Shown piece by piece: positions 34,734 to 44,095 of a stretch of DNA of 64,000 bases. Location of the stretch: positions 2,144,001 to 2,208,000 of the forward strand of contig OZ245002.1 in NCBI GenBank assembly GCA_965223415.1. Reading direction: 5' to 3'. Below the pieces are notes generated by a model, which was given only the letters and a program-made list of their open reading frames with translations, was not told where the DNA came from and searched no databases. Source of the DNA: Myxococcota bacterium (GTDB lineage: Bacteria; Myxococcota_A; UBA9160; UBA6930). Each line of letters opens with the position of its first letter. Position 1 is the first letter of the stretch. A program made the position numbers and the translations under genes.

Positions 34734-36191
34734 TCAGCCCCAGGGCGGCGTCGCGGCGGCCGCGCGCCCGGCCAGCCGGCCGAAGAAGCTCGCGTCGCCG
34801 ATCGACAGACCGCTCGCATAGGTGCGCCCCTCCCGCGGCAGGCCCGCGGTGCAGCGGCCCGCCGCATAGAGGCCGGCGATCGCCGTGCCATCCGCGTCGA
34901 GCACCTCACCGGTGGGCGTCACGCGCAGGCCGCCGAGGGTGAAGACGCCGAAGATCGAGTTGTCCGTGCTGCAATCGAGGGCGCCGAAGGGCGGCCGGGC
35001 GAGCGGGCGCAGGTACTTGGGCCGCTTGTGGTAGAAGGGATCGCGACCGTCCGCCGCCGCCGCGTTGTAGGCGGCCATGGTGGCGACGAGGCTCCCGGGC
35101 GGCAGCCCGAGGGCCTTCTCCAGGGCTTCGAAGCTCTCCTCCACTGCCGCGATCTTGTGAAAGGACTGGGTCTGGCCGTGGATCTCGTCGTCCACGATCA
35201 GGAAGGCCCGGCCCTCGGCCTTGAAGATGATCGCGTCGCTGGTACGGCCCAGGTAGGCGTCCTCGTTGACGAAGCGCTGCCCCCGGCCGTCGACCAGCAC
35301 GCCCATGAGGTGCGACTCCGGCGGATAGTAGGCATTCAGCACGAGACCTTCGCTCATGTTGATCGCCTCGCCCCCTGCGGCCTGGCCCATCAGGATGCCC
35401 GAGCCGTCGTCTCCGTCGGTGGCGACCGGGTAGTTGCACTGGAGCAGGTAGGGCGCGTGGCGCGCCACCATCTCCCGGTTCTTGACGAAGCCGCCGGTGG
35501 CGAGCACGACGCCCCGGCTCGCGCGGACGAAGATGCGCTGGCGCTCGCGCAGGGCGACGATGCCGCCGACGCGGCCGGCCCCGTCCACCACCAGTCGCTC
35601 GCCGCGGCACTCGTTCACGACCGTCGCGCCGGCGGAGAGCGTCGCTGCCAACACCGCCTCCATCAGCACGCCGCCCGCCTCACCCTCCCGGGCGGGCTTG
35701 TGGCCGCGGGGAACCGGTCGCGCCTCGTCGCAGAACGGCCAGGCCTCCTCGTTGCCGCTGAACGAGAGGCACTCGTCGGTGAAGGGGTGGGTCGTCTTCG
35801 CCGCGTGGAAGCTCTCGTTGAAGGGGACGCCCAGGTCGACGAACCACTGGAAGTGCTCGAGGCTGTGCTCGCAGTAGAGGCGCACCCGCTCGGCGTCGGC
35901 CTGCTCGCCCGCTGCCAGGCGCACGTAGGCCTCCATGTCCTCGACGTTGTCCTCGAAGCCGCAGGCCTTCTGGATCGGGGTGCCGCCGCCGAAGTAGGTG
36001 ATTCCGGTCGAGAGCGCGGTGGCGCCTCCGCCGCGGGTCATTCGCTCGAGCACGAGCACCGAGGCGCCGGCTCGCGCCGCCTCGATCGCTGCCGCGCCGC
36101 CGGCCACGCCCTGCCCCAGCACGACAACCTCCGCCTCGAGGTCCCAGGCGGGCACCTCACCCAGGCGGAAGGGGCGCGTGGTGGCGTCCAC
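34734..36191 (-). CDS. FAD-dependent oxidoreductase, 3-ketosteroid dehydrogenase-like
   Basis: WDLEAEVVVLGQGVAG, GGATALSTG..YFGGGT, VVLATGGF, RFVNED, FTLGGL, GLYAAG, YASGLSIGD. Confidence 0.85.
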   Translation of the reverse strand: MDATTRPFRLGEVPAWDLEAEVVVLGQGVAGGAAAIEAARAGASVLVLERMTRGGGATALSTGITYFGGGTPIQKACGFEDNVEDMEAYVRLAAGEQADAERVRLYCEHSLEHFQWFVDLGVPFNESFHAAKTTHPFTDECLSFSGNEEAWPFCDEARPVPRGHKPAREGEAGGVLMEAVLAATLSAGATVVNECRGERLVVDGAGRVGGIVALRERQRIFVRASRGVVLATGGFVKNREMVARHAPYLLQCNYPVATDGDDGSGILMGQAAGGEAINMSEGLVLNAYYPPESHLMGVLVDGRGQRFVNEDAYLGRTSDAIIFKAEGRAFLIVDDEIHGQTQSFHKIAAVEESFEALEKALGLPPGSLVATMAAYNAAAADGRDPFYHKRPKYLRPLARPPFGALDCSTDNSIFGVFTLGGLRVTPTGEVLDADGTAIAGLYAAGRCTAGLPREGRTYASGLSIGDASFFGRLAGRAAAATPPWG

Positions 36192-36195
36192 GGCC

Positions 36196-36921
36196 TCAGC
36201 GCACCTTCTTGCTGTACTTGCCCGCCTCGTGGTTGACGATCTCGGCATCCGTGTCCCGTTCGAGGCCGTGCTCGTGCACGTAGTCTCCTGGGGCAGCGGC
36301 GTAGTCCACGCGCTCTTTGCCCATGCGGATCTTCCAGCGGCAGTGAGGCTCGTCCGGGCTCGCTCGCGGCGGCAGCTTCACCGGGTCGATGCGGATCTTC
36401 TCGTTCCAGCGCGCCGCGCCGTGGCGGAAGCCGAACAGCTCGAGGTGGCCGCAGATCTTGTCGCACATGTACGCCATGACCTCGGGGCCTTCCCGCTCGC
36501 CGGTCTCGGGCACGTCGCACTGGGGTGTGCGCATCTCCCACCCGCCTTCGCCGGCCGGCTCGAAGCGCAGCGTCATGCGCGTCGACATGGCGGGGAGGCA
36601 CTGCCACACCTTCATCGCGGTCGTCTCGGCATCCTCCTCGGCGAAGCCCATCAGGCTCGAGATCAGTTCGTTCTCGTGGTCGCCGGCGCCGCCCTCGCCG
36701 AACCACACCTGATGATGGATCTCGTCCGCCACCTCCGCGCCCAGGCGCTTGGCGACTTCGCGGTACCAGAGCCGATTCACGGTTCCGTAGATCGAGCCGC
36801 CCACCTCGACGAGCTTCATCAGCCCTTCCCTTGAGAAGTCCGAGAGGTGGAGATCGGGCTGGAAGGGCCCGCTGTAGTCGTCGAGCTCGAGGGAGGGCCG
36901 GTCAGGCTTCTGGCTCTTCAT
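36196..36921 (-). CDS. Hypothetical protein (DUF6125/V4R-like, conserved Cys)
   Basis: DDYSGPFQPDLHLSDFSREGL, PQC, MCDKIC, PHCRW; coupled to the CoA ligase stop. Confidence 0.7.
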   Translation of the reverse strand: MKSQKPDRPSLELDDYSGPFQPDLHLSDFSREGLMKLVEVGGSIYGTVNRLWYREVAKRLGAEVADEIHHQVWFGEGGAGDHENELISSLMGFAEEDAETTAMKVWQCLPAMSTRMTLRFEPAGEGGWEMRTPQCDVPETGEREGPEVMAYMCDKICGHLELFGFRHGAARWNEKIRIDPVKLPPRASPDEPHCRWKIRMGKERVDYAAAPGDYVHEHGLERDTDAEIVNHEAGKYSKKVR

Positions 36922-38528
36922 CAGCGCTCGACCCGGAAGCCCGCGGCCTGGCCGTCCCAGGTCGCGTCGGTCACGCCGCGCTCGCGCAGCTTGAACTTCT
37001 GGACGCGGCCCGTCGGTGTCTGGGGCAGCTCGTCGACCAGCTCGATGTAGCGCGGCACGAAGAAGTAGGGCGCCGTGTCGTTGACGAAGCGGGCCAGCTC
37101 CTCCTCGGTCGCCTGCTCGCTCGGCTTCAGGATCACGCAGGCCTTGATCTCGGCCTCGGCGGCGAGCTGCTCTGACGTGACGCCGTGGACCGCGCACTGG
37201 GCCACCGCCGGGTGGGCCGACAGCGCCGCCTCCACCGCGAACGAGGAGATGTTCCGTCCCTTGAAGCGGATGAAGTCCGCCTTGCGGTCGACGAAGAAGT
37301 AGTACCCGTCCTCGTCCTGCCGGCCGAGATCGCCGGTGTGGTACCAGAGATTGCTCCAGGACCTGACCGTCGCCTCCGGGTTGCGCCAGTAGCCGTTGAA
37401 GATGGCGTAGGGCTCGTTCGGCCGGATGCAGAACTCGCCGGGCTCACCGACCGGCACCGGGCGATCATCATCGTCGAGCAGCGTCACCTCGATGCCCTCG
37501 ATCGGTTCGCCCACCGAGTTCGGCGGGTAGTCCACGTCGAGCTTGCGGTTCATGAGCGCCATCACCTCGCTCTGTCCGTAGCCCTGGGGGATGTCCTCGA
37601 GGCCGAAGCGCTCCTTGAAGACCGGCACCAGGTGTTCCGGGGTCGGCACGAAGCCGGCCACCCGCACCGGGTTGTCCGCGTCGTCGTCGCGCTCCTCTGC
37701 GTTCAGCAGGAACATGTGCATGGCGCCGAGGGTGAAGACCATGGTGGCGCCGTAGTGCCGCGTGCGATTCCAGAAGTCGCGGGCGGAGAAGGCCGGGTCC
37801 ATGGCGCAGGGCAGCCCCGCCACCAGCGCTCGGTAGACATTCGCCACCCAGGCAGCGGACTGGTACATGGGCAGGCAGTTGTAGATGACGTCGCCCTCGC
37901 GGGCGCCGGCGTTCTCGGCGCCGTGGACCGCGGCGCGGATCCAGACGTTGTGGCTCTGCATCACGCCCTTGGACCGGCCGGTGGTGCCGGAGGTCCAGAG
38001 CACGGCGGCGGTCTCGCCGTAGCTGCGGTCCGCGTCGTCGGGCTCACCGTCCGGCTTCGCCCAGAGCTCCTCAAGGGGAAGCTGGGGCACGCCCAGGTCC
38101 ACGCCGCCCGCGTCGCCCCGCACGTACACGCGCTCGAAGGGGTGCTCGCTCAGCTCGGCGACCCGCTCGAGCAGCGCGCCGTCGGCCACCAGCACCTTGG
38201 CGGCGCCGTCTTCGAAGGACTCGGCCAGCCAGCGCCCCTTGTAGTCGACGTTGGTGGGTACCCAGATGCCGCCGAGCTTGTTCAGGCCGAGGGTCGACCA
38301 GACCCAGTCCGGGCAGGTGTTCATCAGGAAGGAGACCGTGTCGCCCGGCCCCACGCCGGCCTCCCGGAAGCCCCGGGCGCTGGCGTTGGCCAGCTCGTTC
38401 ACGCGGCCGTAGGAGAAGTGCTCCTCGTCCCAGACGATGAAGTCGGCGTCGGGCCGATCCTCGGCCTGGCGGCGCAGGCAGCGGCCGAGCAGGCGATCCC
38501 GGGGGTCGGTGAGGTCGAGCAGGTTCAT
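36921..38528 (-). CDS. Acyl-CoA ligase (CaiC-like AMP-binding enzyme)
   Basis: WTSGTTGRSKGV, GYGQSE, YHTGDLG, FVDRKAD, PQTPTGRVQK. Confidence 0.93.
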   Translation of the reverse strand: MNLLDLTDPRDRLLGRCLRRQAEDRPDADFIVWDEEHFSYGRVNELANASARGFREAGVGPGDTVSFLMNTCPDWVWSTLGLNKLGGIWVPTNVDYKGRWLAESFEDGAAKVLVADGALLERVAELSEHPFERVYVRGDAGGVDLGVPQLPLEELWAKPDGEPDDADRSYGETAAVLWTSGTTGRSKGVMQSHNVWIRAAVHGAENAGAREGDVIYNCLPMYQSAAWVANVYRALVAGLPCAMDPAFSARDFWNRTRHYGATMVFTLGAMHMFLLNAEERDDDADNPVRVAGFVPTPEHLVPVFKERFGLEDIPQGYGQSEVMALMNRKLDVDYPPNSVGEPIEGIEVTLLDDDDRPVPVGEPGEFCIRPNEPYAIFNGYWRNPEATVRSWSNLWYHTGDLGRQDEDGYYFFVDRKADFIRFKGRNISSFAVEAALSAHPAVAQCAVHGVTSEQLAAEAEIKACVILKPSEQATEEELARFVNDTAPYFFVPRYIELVDELPQTPTGRVQKFKLRERGVTDATWDGQAAGFRVER

Positions 38529-38537
38529 GGCGGTCTC

Positions 38538-39728
38538 CTAGAGCCGGATGGGTACCTTGGCATAGCCCCGAACCGTGCTCGTGTGAACCCGCTCGGTCTC
38601 CTCCCAGGCGACGTCCCACTCCGGGAAGCGTTTCAGGGTCTCCTCGATGGCCACCCGGCTCTCCATCCGGGCCAGGGAGGCGCCCAGACAGAAGTGGACG
38701 CCGAGGCCCAGGGAGAGGTGCCGATCGATACGCCGCTCCACGTCGAAGCGGTCCGGGTCCGGGTACTCGCGGTCGTCGCGCCCCGCCGAGCCGGTGAGGA
38801 GCAGTACCTTGCTGCCCTCCCGGAGCTTCTCGCCGTGGAGCTCGACGTCGCGGGTGAGCCGGCGCGCCTGCACCGGCGAGGGCGCCTCGTAGCGCAGCAG
38901 CTCCTCCACCGCGTTCGGGATTTTCGACGGGTCACGCACGAGCTTCTGCCGCTGCTCCGGGTTGCGCGCGAAGGTCGTCGCAACCCAGCCGAGGAGCCGG
39001 GCCACGGTCTCGTTGCCGGCGCCGGAGAGCAGCCCGATGAAGGCCAGGAGCTCGACGTCGGTGAGCTTACGGGTCGTTCCGTCCGCGAGCGGGATCTCGG
39101 ACTGGAGCAGCACCGTCATGATGTCGTCCCGGGGCGACTTGCGGCGCTCCTCGACGTACTGGGCGAAGTAGCCCCACAGCTTCTGGCTCACCTCCTCGTG
39201 CTTCTCCGCCATGTCGGTCTGGCCCTCATCGCGGTGCAGCAGCGCGTCGGTCCAGTGGCGGATGTCGTCCCGGTCCTCTTCGGGAACGCCGAGGAGTGTG
39301 CTGATCACCATCACCGGCAGCTTCGCCCCGAAGTCCTCCAGGTAGTCGAAGCCGCTCTTGCCCACCTGCTCGTCCAGGTAGCGGCAGGCGATGGCCCGGA
39401 TCTGCGGCTCGAGGGCGCGGATGCGCCGGGGCGAGAAGCCGCGGCTCACGAGCTTGCGCAGCTCGGTGTGTTCCGGGCGATCCTTGAAGATCATCATCGG
39501 CGAGGCGTTCGGCTCGTCGCCGATCAGCTCGAGCACCGTTCCGTAGGCCGAGCTGAAGGTGCGGTCCTCGAGGGAGGCGTGCATCACGTCCTGGAAGCGG
39601 GAGAGCGCCCAGAAATCGTACTCGTCGTTCCGGTAGAGCGGCGCCTCGTCGCGCATTCGCTTCCAGACCGGATGCGGGTTCTCGTCGATCTCGTAGTCGT
39701 AGGGGTCGTAGTACAGGTCGCCGGTCAT
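38538..39728 (-). CDS. Cytochrome P450 (CYP123-like)
   Basis: YDPYDYEIDENP..RDEAPLYRN..FWALSR, GAGNETV, EELLR, LGLGVHFCLGASLAR, HTSTVRG. Confidence 0.93.
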   Translation of the reverse strand: MTGDLYYDPYDYEIDENPHPVWKRMRDEAPLYRNDEYDFWALSRFQDVMHASLEDRTFSSAYGTVLELIGDEPNASPMMIFKDRPEHTELRKLVSRGFSPRRIRALEPQIRAIACRYLDEQVGKSGFDYLEDFGAKLPVMVISTLLGVPEEDRDDIRHWTDALLHRDEGQTDMAEKHEEVSQKLWGYFAQYVEERRKSPRDDIMTVLLQSEIPLADGTTRKLTDVELLAFIGLLSGAGNETVARLLGWVATTFARNPEQRQKLVRDPSKIPNAVEELLRYEAPSPVQARRLTRDVELHGEKLREGSKVLLLTGSAGRDDREYPDPDRFDVERRIDRHLSLGLGVHFCLGASLARMESRVAIEETLKRFPEWDVAWEETERVHTSTVRGYAKVPIRL

Positions 39729-40339
39729 GCTTCGCCTCCGAGGTTGCGGACCAGGGTGTCCTTGAGGAAATCGAGCTGGGCCGCGGTGCCGCTGCGATCC
39801 GGCGCACCCAGCATGCCGATGGCCGCGATGCCGGCGAGCACCGAGATCGTGTAGCGCTGGAGCGCGAGGCTCCGGCCCGGTGAGAGCCGCGCGTCGGCGA
39901 AGACGCCGTTCCAGATGCCGGTCCACGCCTCGGTCATGCCGCTCTGCCAGTTCGGCAGGTCCTCCGCTTCGCGGCTGCGCTCCACCTGGAGCAGGATCTC
40001 GAAGGTGGATTGGTAGTCGGTGCTTCCGAAGTGGCTCCAGGCGCCGTCGACGAAGGCCGACACCCGCGCGTCCAGCGGCGCGTCCGGCCCGGGCAGCTCG
40101 CCCACCCGCTCCCGGAAGCGCGCGAAGGAATCCTCGAGCACCGCGCGCAGGATGCCGTCCTTGTCGCCGAAGTGGTGCTGCACCGCCCCCCAGGTGACCC
40201 CGGCGCGCCGGGTGATCTCTGCCGCCGTGGTGCGCCCGAAGCCGACCTCGGCGATGCACGCCACCACCGCGTCCATGATCCGGGCGCGGGTCTCCGCGGT
40301 GCGCTCGGCCTGGGTGCGACGGACGGCCTGCGAGGCCAT
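39725..40339 (-). CDS. TetR family regulator
   Basis: RRTQAERTAETRARI, EITRRAGVTWGAVQHHFGDK. Confidence 0.93.
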   Translation of the reverse strand: MASQAVRRTQAERTAETRARIMDAVVACIAEVGFGRTTAAEITRRAGVTWGAVQHHFGDKDGILRAVLEDSFARFRERVGELPGPDAPLDARVSAFVDGAWSHFGSTDYQSTFEILLQVERSREAEDLPNWQSGMTEAWTGIWNGVFADARLSPGRSLALQRYTISVLAGIAAIGMLGAPDRSGTAAQLDFLKDTLVRNLGGEA

Positions 40340-40370
40340 GGCATCCTCCTACCCGGGGAGCCTACCGCAT

Positions 40371-40391
40371 TTACATTGCAAGCGTTATGGA
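40371..40391. promoter_or_regulatory. Candidate operator in the divergent TetR/SDR control region
   Basis: AT-rich TTACAT-N10-ATGGA imperfect dyad. Confidence 0.35.
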
Positions 40392-40426
40392 GATGACGTA
40401 GGGTGCCCGCACAACGAGGAGACCCC

Positions 40427-41185
40427 ATGAGCTTCCCGGGCATCGAAGGCAAGGTGGCGATCGTGACCGGCGCCGGCGGCGGCATCGGCGAGGGCTACGC
40501 CAAGGCCCTGGCCGCCGAGGGCGCGAAGGTGGCCGTGGCCGAGATCAAGAAGGAGAACGGCGAGCGCGTGGCCGGGGAGATCCGCGCCTCCGGCGGCGAC
40601 GCGCTCTTCGTCGAGGTGGACGTCGGCAGCGAGGCCTCCACCCTGGCCATGGCCGACGCGGTGACGGGGCAGTATGGCGGGATCGACTTCCTGGTGAACA
40701 ACGCCGCGATCTTCGGCGACATGCAGCTCGCCTCGCTCCTCACCGTCGACCTCGACTACTACAAGAAGTTCATGAACGTGAACATGGACGGGGCGCTGCT
40801 CTGCACCCGCGCCTGTCACCGCAGCATGAAGGAGAGGGGCGGCGGCTCGATCGTGATGCAGTCCTCCACGGCCTCGTGGATGGGTGTCGGCTACTACGGC
40901 CTGGCCAAGCTGGCCATGAACGGACTCACCCACTGCCTCGCCAAGGAGCTCGGCTTTGCCAACATTCGCGTGAACGCCATCGCCCCGGGGCCGACGGATA
41001 CCGAGGCCCTGGGCAAGACGGTGCCGGAGGAGTACAAGAGCCAGCTCGTCTCCTCCCTCGCGCTGCCCCGGCTGGGCCAGCCGGCCGACATGGCGTCCGC
41101 GTGCCTCTTCCTGCTCTCGGACGCCGCCTCCTGGGTGACGGGGCAGATCCTGGCCGTCGACGGCGGCCAGATCGTGCGGGCCTAG
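40427..41185 (+). CDS. SDR oxidoreductase (Rv0769-like)
   Basis: TGAGGGIG, LVNNAAIFG..LLTVDLDYYKKFM, YGLAK, GQILAVDGGQIVRA. Confidence 0.93.
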   Translation: MSFPGIEGKVAIVTGAGGGIGEGYAKALAAEGAKVAVAEIKKENGERVAGEIRASGGDALFVEVDVGSEASTLAMADAVTGQYGGIDFLVNNAAIFGDMQLASLLTVDLDYYKKFMNVNMDGALLCTRACHRSMKERGGGSIVMQSSTASWMGVGYYGLAKLAMNGLTHCLAKELGFANIRVNAIAPGPTDTEALGKTVPEEYKSQLVSSLALPRLGQPADMASACLFLLSDAASWVTGQILAVDGGQIVRA

Positions 41186-41186
41186 C

Positions 41187-42656
41187 ATGGCGCTCGAGGC
41201 TCTGGCGCCGGAGACGCGCAACCTGATCGACGGTGAGCTGGTCGAGTCCTCCAACGGGAACCGCTTCGACAACGTCAACCCAGCGACCGGGGAGGTGCTC
41301 GGCAGCGCCGCCGACGGCACCAAGGACGACATGGAGGCGGCACTCGTCGCCGCGCGCCGCGCCTTCGACGAGACCGGCTGGAGCCGGGACCCTGCCTTCC
41401 GGGCGAAGTGCCTGCGCCAGCTCCACGCAGGCATGCAGGAGGAGAAGGAGCAGCTGCGCTCGATCGTCGTGAACGAGGCCGGTGCCTGCGTCTCGCTCAC
41501 CGGCTTCATGCACGTCGACGATCCGATCGGGATGATGGCCTACTGGGCCGACCTCGCGGAGTCGTACGAGTACGAGACCGAGATGGCGACGATTCCGTTC
41601 GGGGGGCGTGAGAACCGCCGGCTCCTTCGCCGCGAGCCGATCGGCGTGGTGGGCGCCATCACGCCCTGGAACGTCCCTCTCTACCTGAACATCGCGAAGA
41701 TCGGGCCGTCGCTGGCCTCCGGCTGCAGCGTCGTGCTCAAGCCGGCGCCGGACACGCCCTGGAGCGCGACCCACCTCGGGAAGATCATCCGCGAGAAGAC
41801 CGAGATCCCGGCGGGCGTGGTGAACATCGTTGCGTCCTCCGATCACCTGACCGGCGAGGTGCTGTCCGGCGACCCGCGGGTCGACCTCGTGACCTTCACC
41901 GGCTCCACCGCCACGGGTCGCCGCGTGATGGAGAACGCGTCCGCCACGGTGAAGAAGGCCTTCCTCGAGCTCGGCGGCAAGAGCGCTTCCATCGTGCTCG
42001 ACGACGCGAACCTGGAGGCCGTGCTGCCGGGCGCCGCGATGACCTGCGTCCACGGCGGTCAGGGCTGCGCCATTACCACCCGCTGGCTCGTGCCGCGCTC
42101 GCGCTACGACGAGGCGGTCGGGATCCTGAAGGCGGCCTTCGAGGGTTGGAGCTGGGGCGACCCCACCGATCCGGCCAACCTGCAGGGCCCGCAGATCTCC
42201 CGGCGCCAGCAGGAGCGCGTGCTCGGCTACATCGAGAAGGGCAAGCAGGAGGGTGCGCGCTGCCTGGTCGGCGGCGGCAAGCCCGATCGCAAGGGCTTCT
42301 TCGTCGAGCCCACCCTTTTCGTCGACGTGGAGCCGGGCATGACCATCGCCCAGGAGGAGATCTTCGGGCCGGTCTGCTGCGTGATCCCCTTCGACGACGA
42401 CGACGACGCGGTGCGCATCGCCAACGAGTCGATCTACGGGCTCTCCGGCGCCGTATCGAGTGCCAGCGACGAGCGTGCGCTGGCGGTGGCGCGCCGGATC
42501 CGCACCGGCACGATCGCCGTGAACGGCGGGATGTGGTTCCACGTCGACACGCCCTTCGGCGGCTACGGCCAGAGCGGCATCGGACGCGAGAACGGCGTCA
42601 TGGGCTTCGAGGAGCACCTCGAGACGAAGATCATGGCGCTGCCCGTGCGTTCGTGA
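41187..42656 (+). CDS. Aldehyde dehydrogenase (mycobacterial AldA-like)
   Basis: ITPWNVP, FTGSTATG, LELGGKS, GQGC, EEIFGPV. Confidence 0.95.
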   Translation: MALEALAPETRNLIDGELVESSNGNRFDNVNPATGEVLGSAADGTKDDMEAALVAARRAFDETGWSRDPAFRAKCLRQLHAGMQEEKEQLRSIVVNEAGACVSLTGFMHVDDPIGMMAYWADLAESYEYETEMATIPFGGRENRRLLRREPIGVVGAITPWNVPLYLNIAKIGPSLASGCSVVLKPAPDTPWSATHLGKIIREKTEIPAGVVNIVASSDHLTGEVLSGDPRVDLVTFTGSTATGRRVMENASATVKKAFLELGGKSASIVLDDANLEAVLPGAAMTCVHGGQGCAITTRWLVPRSRYDEAVGILKAAFEGWSWGDPTDPANLQGPQISRRQQERVLGYIEKGKQEGARCLVGGGKPDRKGFFVEPTLFVDVEPGMTIAQEEIFGPVCCVIPFDDDDDAVRIANESIYGLSGAVSSASDERALAVARRIRTGTIAVNGGMWFHVDTPFGGYGQSGIGRENGVMGFEEHLETKIMALPVRS

Positions 42657-43417
42657 CCGCCTCCGAGCCCCGCGTCGCGCTGGTCACCGGGGCCTCGTCG
42701 GGGCTGGGCGCGGCGATCGCGGTGGCGCTCGGGAGGCTGGGCTGGCCGGTGGCCTTCGGTGCGCGGCGGGTCGCCCGCCTGGAGGAGGTCGGCGCCGGCG
42801 TCGAGGCCGCGGGAGGTCGGCCCTTCGCTCACGAGCTCGACGTCCGCGACGACGGGAGCGTCGACGCCTTCGTCTCCGCCGCCGAGCGGGCTCTCGGTCC
42901 GATCGACGTGGTCGTGAGCAACGCCGGGATCGGCCGTGCCGGAAAGCTGCCGGACCTGCCGATCGCGGACGTCCAGGCCGAGCTCGAGACGAATCTGCTC
43001 GGGCCGCTGCGGGTCGTCCGGCGCGTGTTGCCCGCAATGCTGGAGCGCCGCTCGGGGGATCTCTGCTTCGTCACCTCCCTGAACGCCGTCCTCCCGCGCC
43101 CTTTCCAGGTCGGGTACACCGCCAGCAAGGCCGGCCTGGAGGGCGCCGTGCGGACGCTCCAGATGGAGCTCGAGGGCAGCGGGGTGCGCGCCAGCATGAT
43201 CCGGCCGGGCCCCTCCCGGACCGAGATGGGATACGACTGGGACCCGGAGCTCCAGAAGGCACTCCTGGCGGAGTGGGGGCGCTGGGGGGTGCTGCGGCAC
43301 ATGGAGTTCATGGAGCCCGAGCAGGTGGCGGGCGCCGTGGTGGCCACCGTCACCGCCGATCCCGGCGTCCACTTCGACGTGGTCCAGGTCAGCCCGACCC
43401 GGTCGCCAGAGGATTGA
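42653..43417 (+). CDS. SDR oxidoreductase (Rv0765c-like)
   Basis: TGASSGLG, GARRVARL, VSNAG, YTASK, QMELEGSGVRAS..PGP..TEMG. Confidence 0.9.
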   Translation: MTASEPRVALVTGASSGLGAAIAVALGRLGWPVAFGARRVARLEEVGAGVEAAGGRPFAHELDVRDDGSVDAFVSAAERALGPIDVVVSNAGIGRAGKLPDLPIADVQAELETNLLGPLRVVRRVLPAMLERRSGDLCFVTSLNAVLPRPFQVGYTASKAGLEGAVRTLQMELEGSGVRASMIRPGPSRTEMGYDWDPELQKALLAEWGRWGVLRHMEFMEPEQVAGAVVATVTADPGVHFDVVQVSPTRSPED

Positions 43418-43448
43418 AACCGCATTCTAAATTTCGTAGGATCGTTTC
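43414..43448 (+). promoter_or_regulatory. sigma70-type leaderless promoter of TetR-cyp51 operon, framed by TGAAAC/GTTTCA dyad
   Basis: TTGAAA-N17-TAGGAT-N6-ATG. Confidence 0.7.
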
Positions 43449-44093
43449 ATGGCGACCGAGAGCGTCCAGGATGCGCGGCAGGCCCTCTATCGGGGTCGGG
43501 TCGTCGACGCCGCCGAGGGCCTCTTCGCCGAGAAGGGCGTCGACGCCTCCAAGATGGAGGAGATCGCCGAGGCCGCCGGCCTCGCGCTCGGCACCGTGTA
43601 CTCGGTCTTCCGCGGCAAGTCGGCGATCCTCGACGGCCTCCACGAGGCCCGGCTGCGGGAGCTCGTCGACGGCGCCAACGCTGCGGCCCGCGATCTGGAC
43701 GGCCCCCTGCCCATGCTCCTCGCCGGCCTGCGCGCCTACGTCGAGTACTTCCTCTCCCACCCCGACTATCTGCGCATCCACCTCGCCCTCGGCACGAGCT
43801 GGGGCATGCCGATCCGCGGAGGCTCGCCCCGGGCGGCGGCCTGGGAGGAGGGCCACGCCCTGCAGGTGCGGCTCTTCGCGCGCGGCATCGCCGACGGCAC
43901 GTTCTATCCGGACGATCCCGGCCGTATGGCCCACACCCTCGCCGCGATGCAGCAAGTCCGCCTCGCGGAGTGGCTCGGGGGCGGGATGGCCGAGGACCCG
44001 GAGGAGATCATCGCGGGCATGGAGCTGCAGCTCCGCCGCGCGTTCTGCATGCGCTACGAAGATCGGGGCGATCATTCCATGGGAGGACGCTAG
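43449..44093 (+). CDS. TetR family regulator
   Basis: AAEGLFAEKG..MEEIAEAAGLALGTVYSVFRGK. Confidence 0.93.
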   Translation: MATESVQDARQALYRGRVVDAAEGLFAEKGVDASKMEEIAEAAGLALGTVYSVFRGKSAILDGLHEARLRELVDGANAAARDLDGPLPMLLAGLRAYVEYFLSHPDYLRIHLALGTSWGMPIRGGSPRAAAWEEGHALQVRLFARGIADGTFYPDDPGRMAHTLAAMQQVRLAEWLGGGMAEDPEEIIAGMELQLRRAFCMRYEDRGDHSMGGR

Positions 44094-44095
44094 TC

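Noticed and set aside
32961..36236. 1091-aa plus-strand ORF (likewise 37185-39854 and 4999-7545)
   Set aside because: Shadows of well-supported genes on the opposite strand
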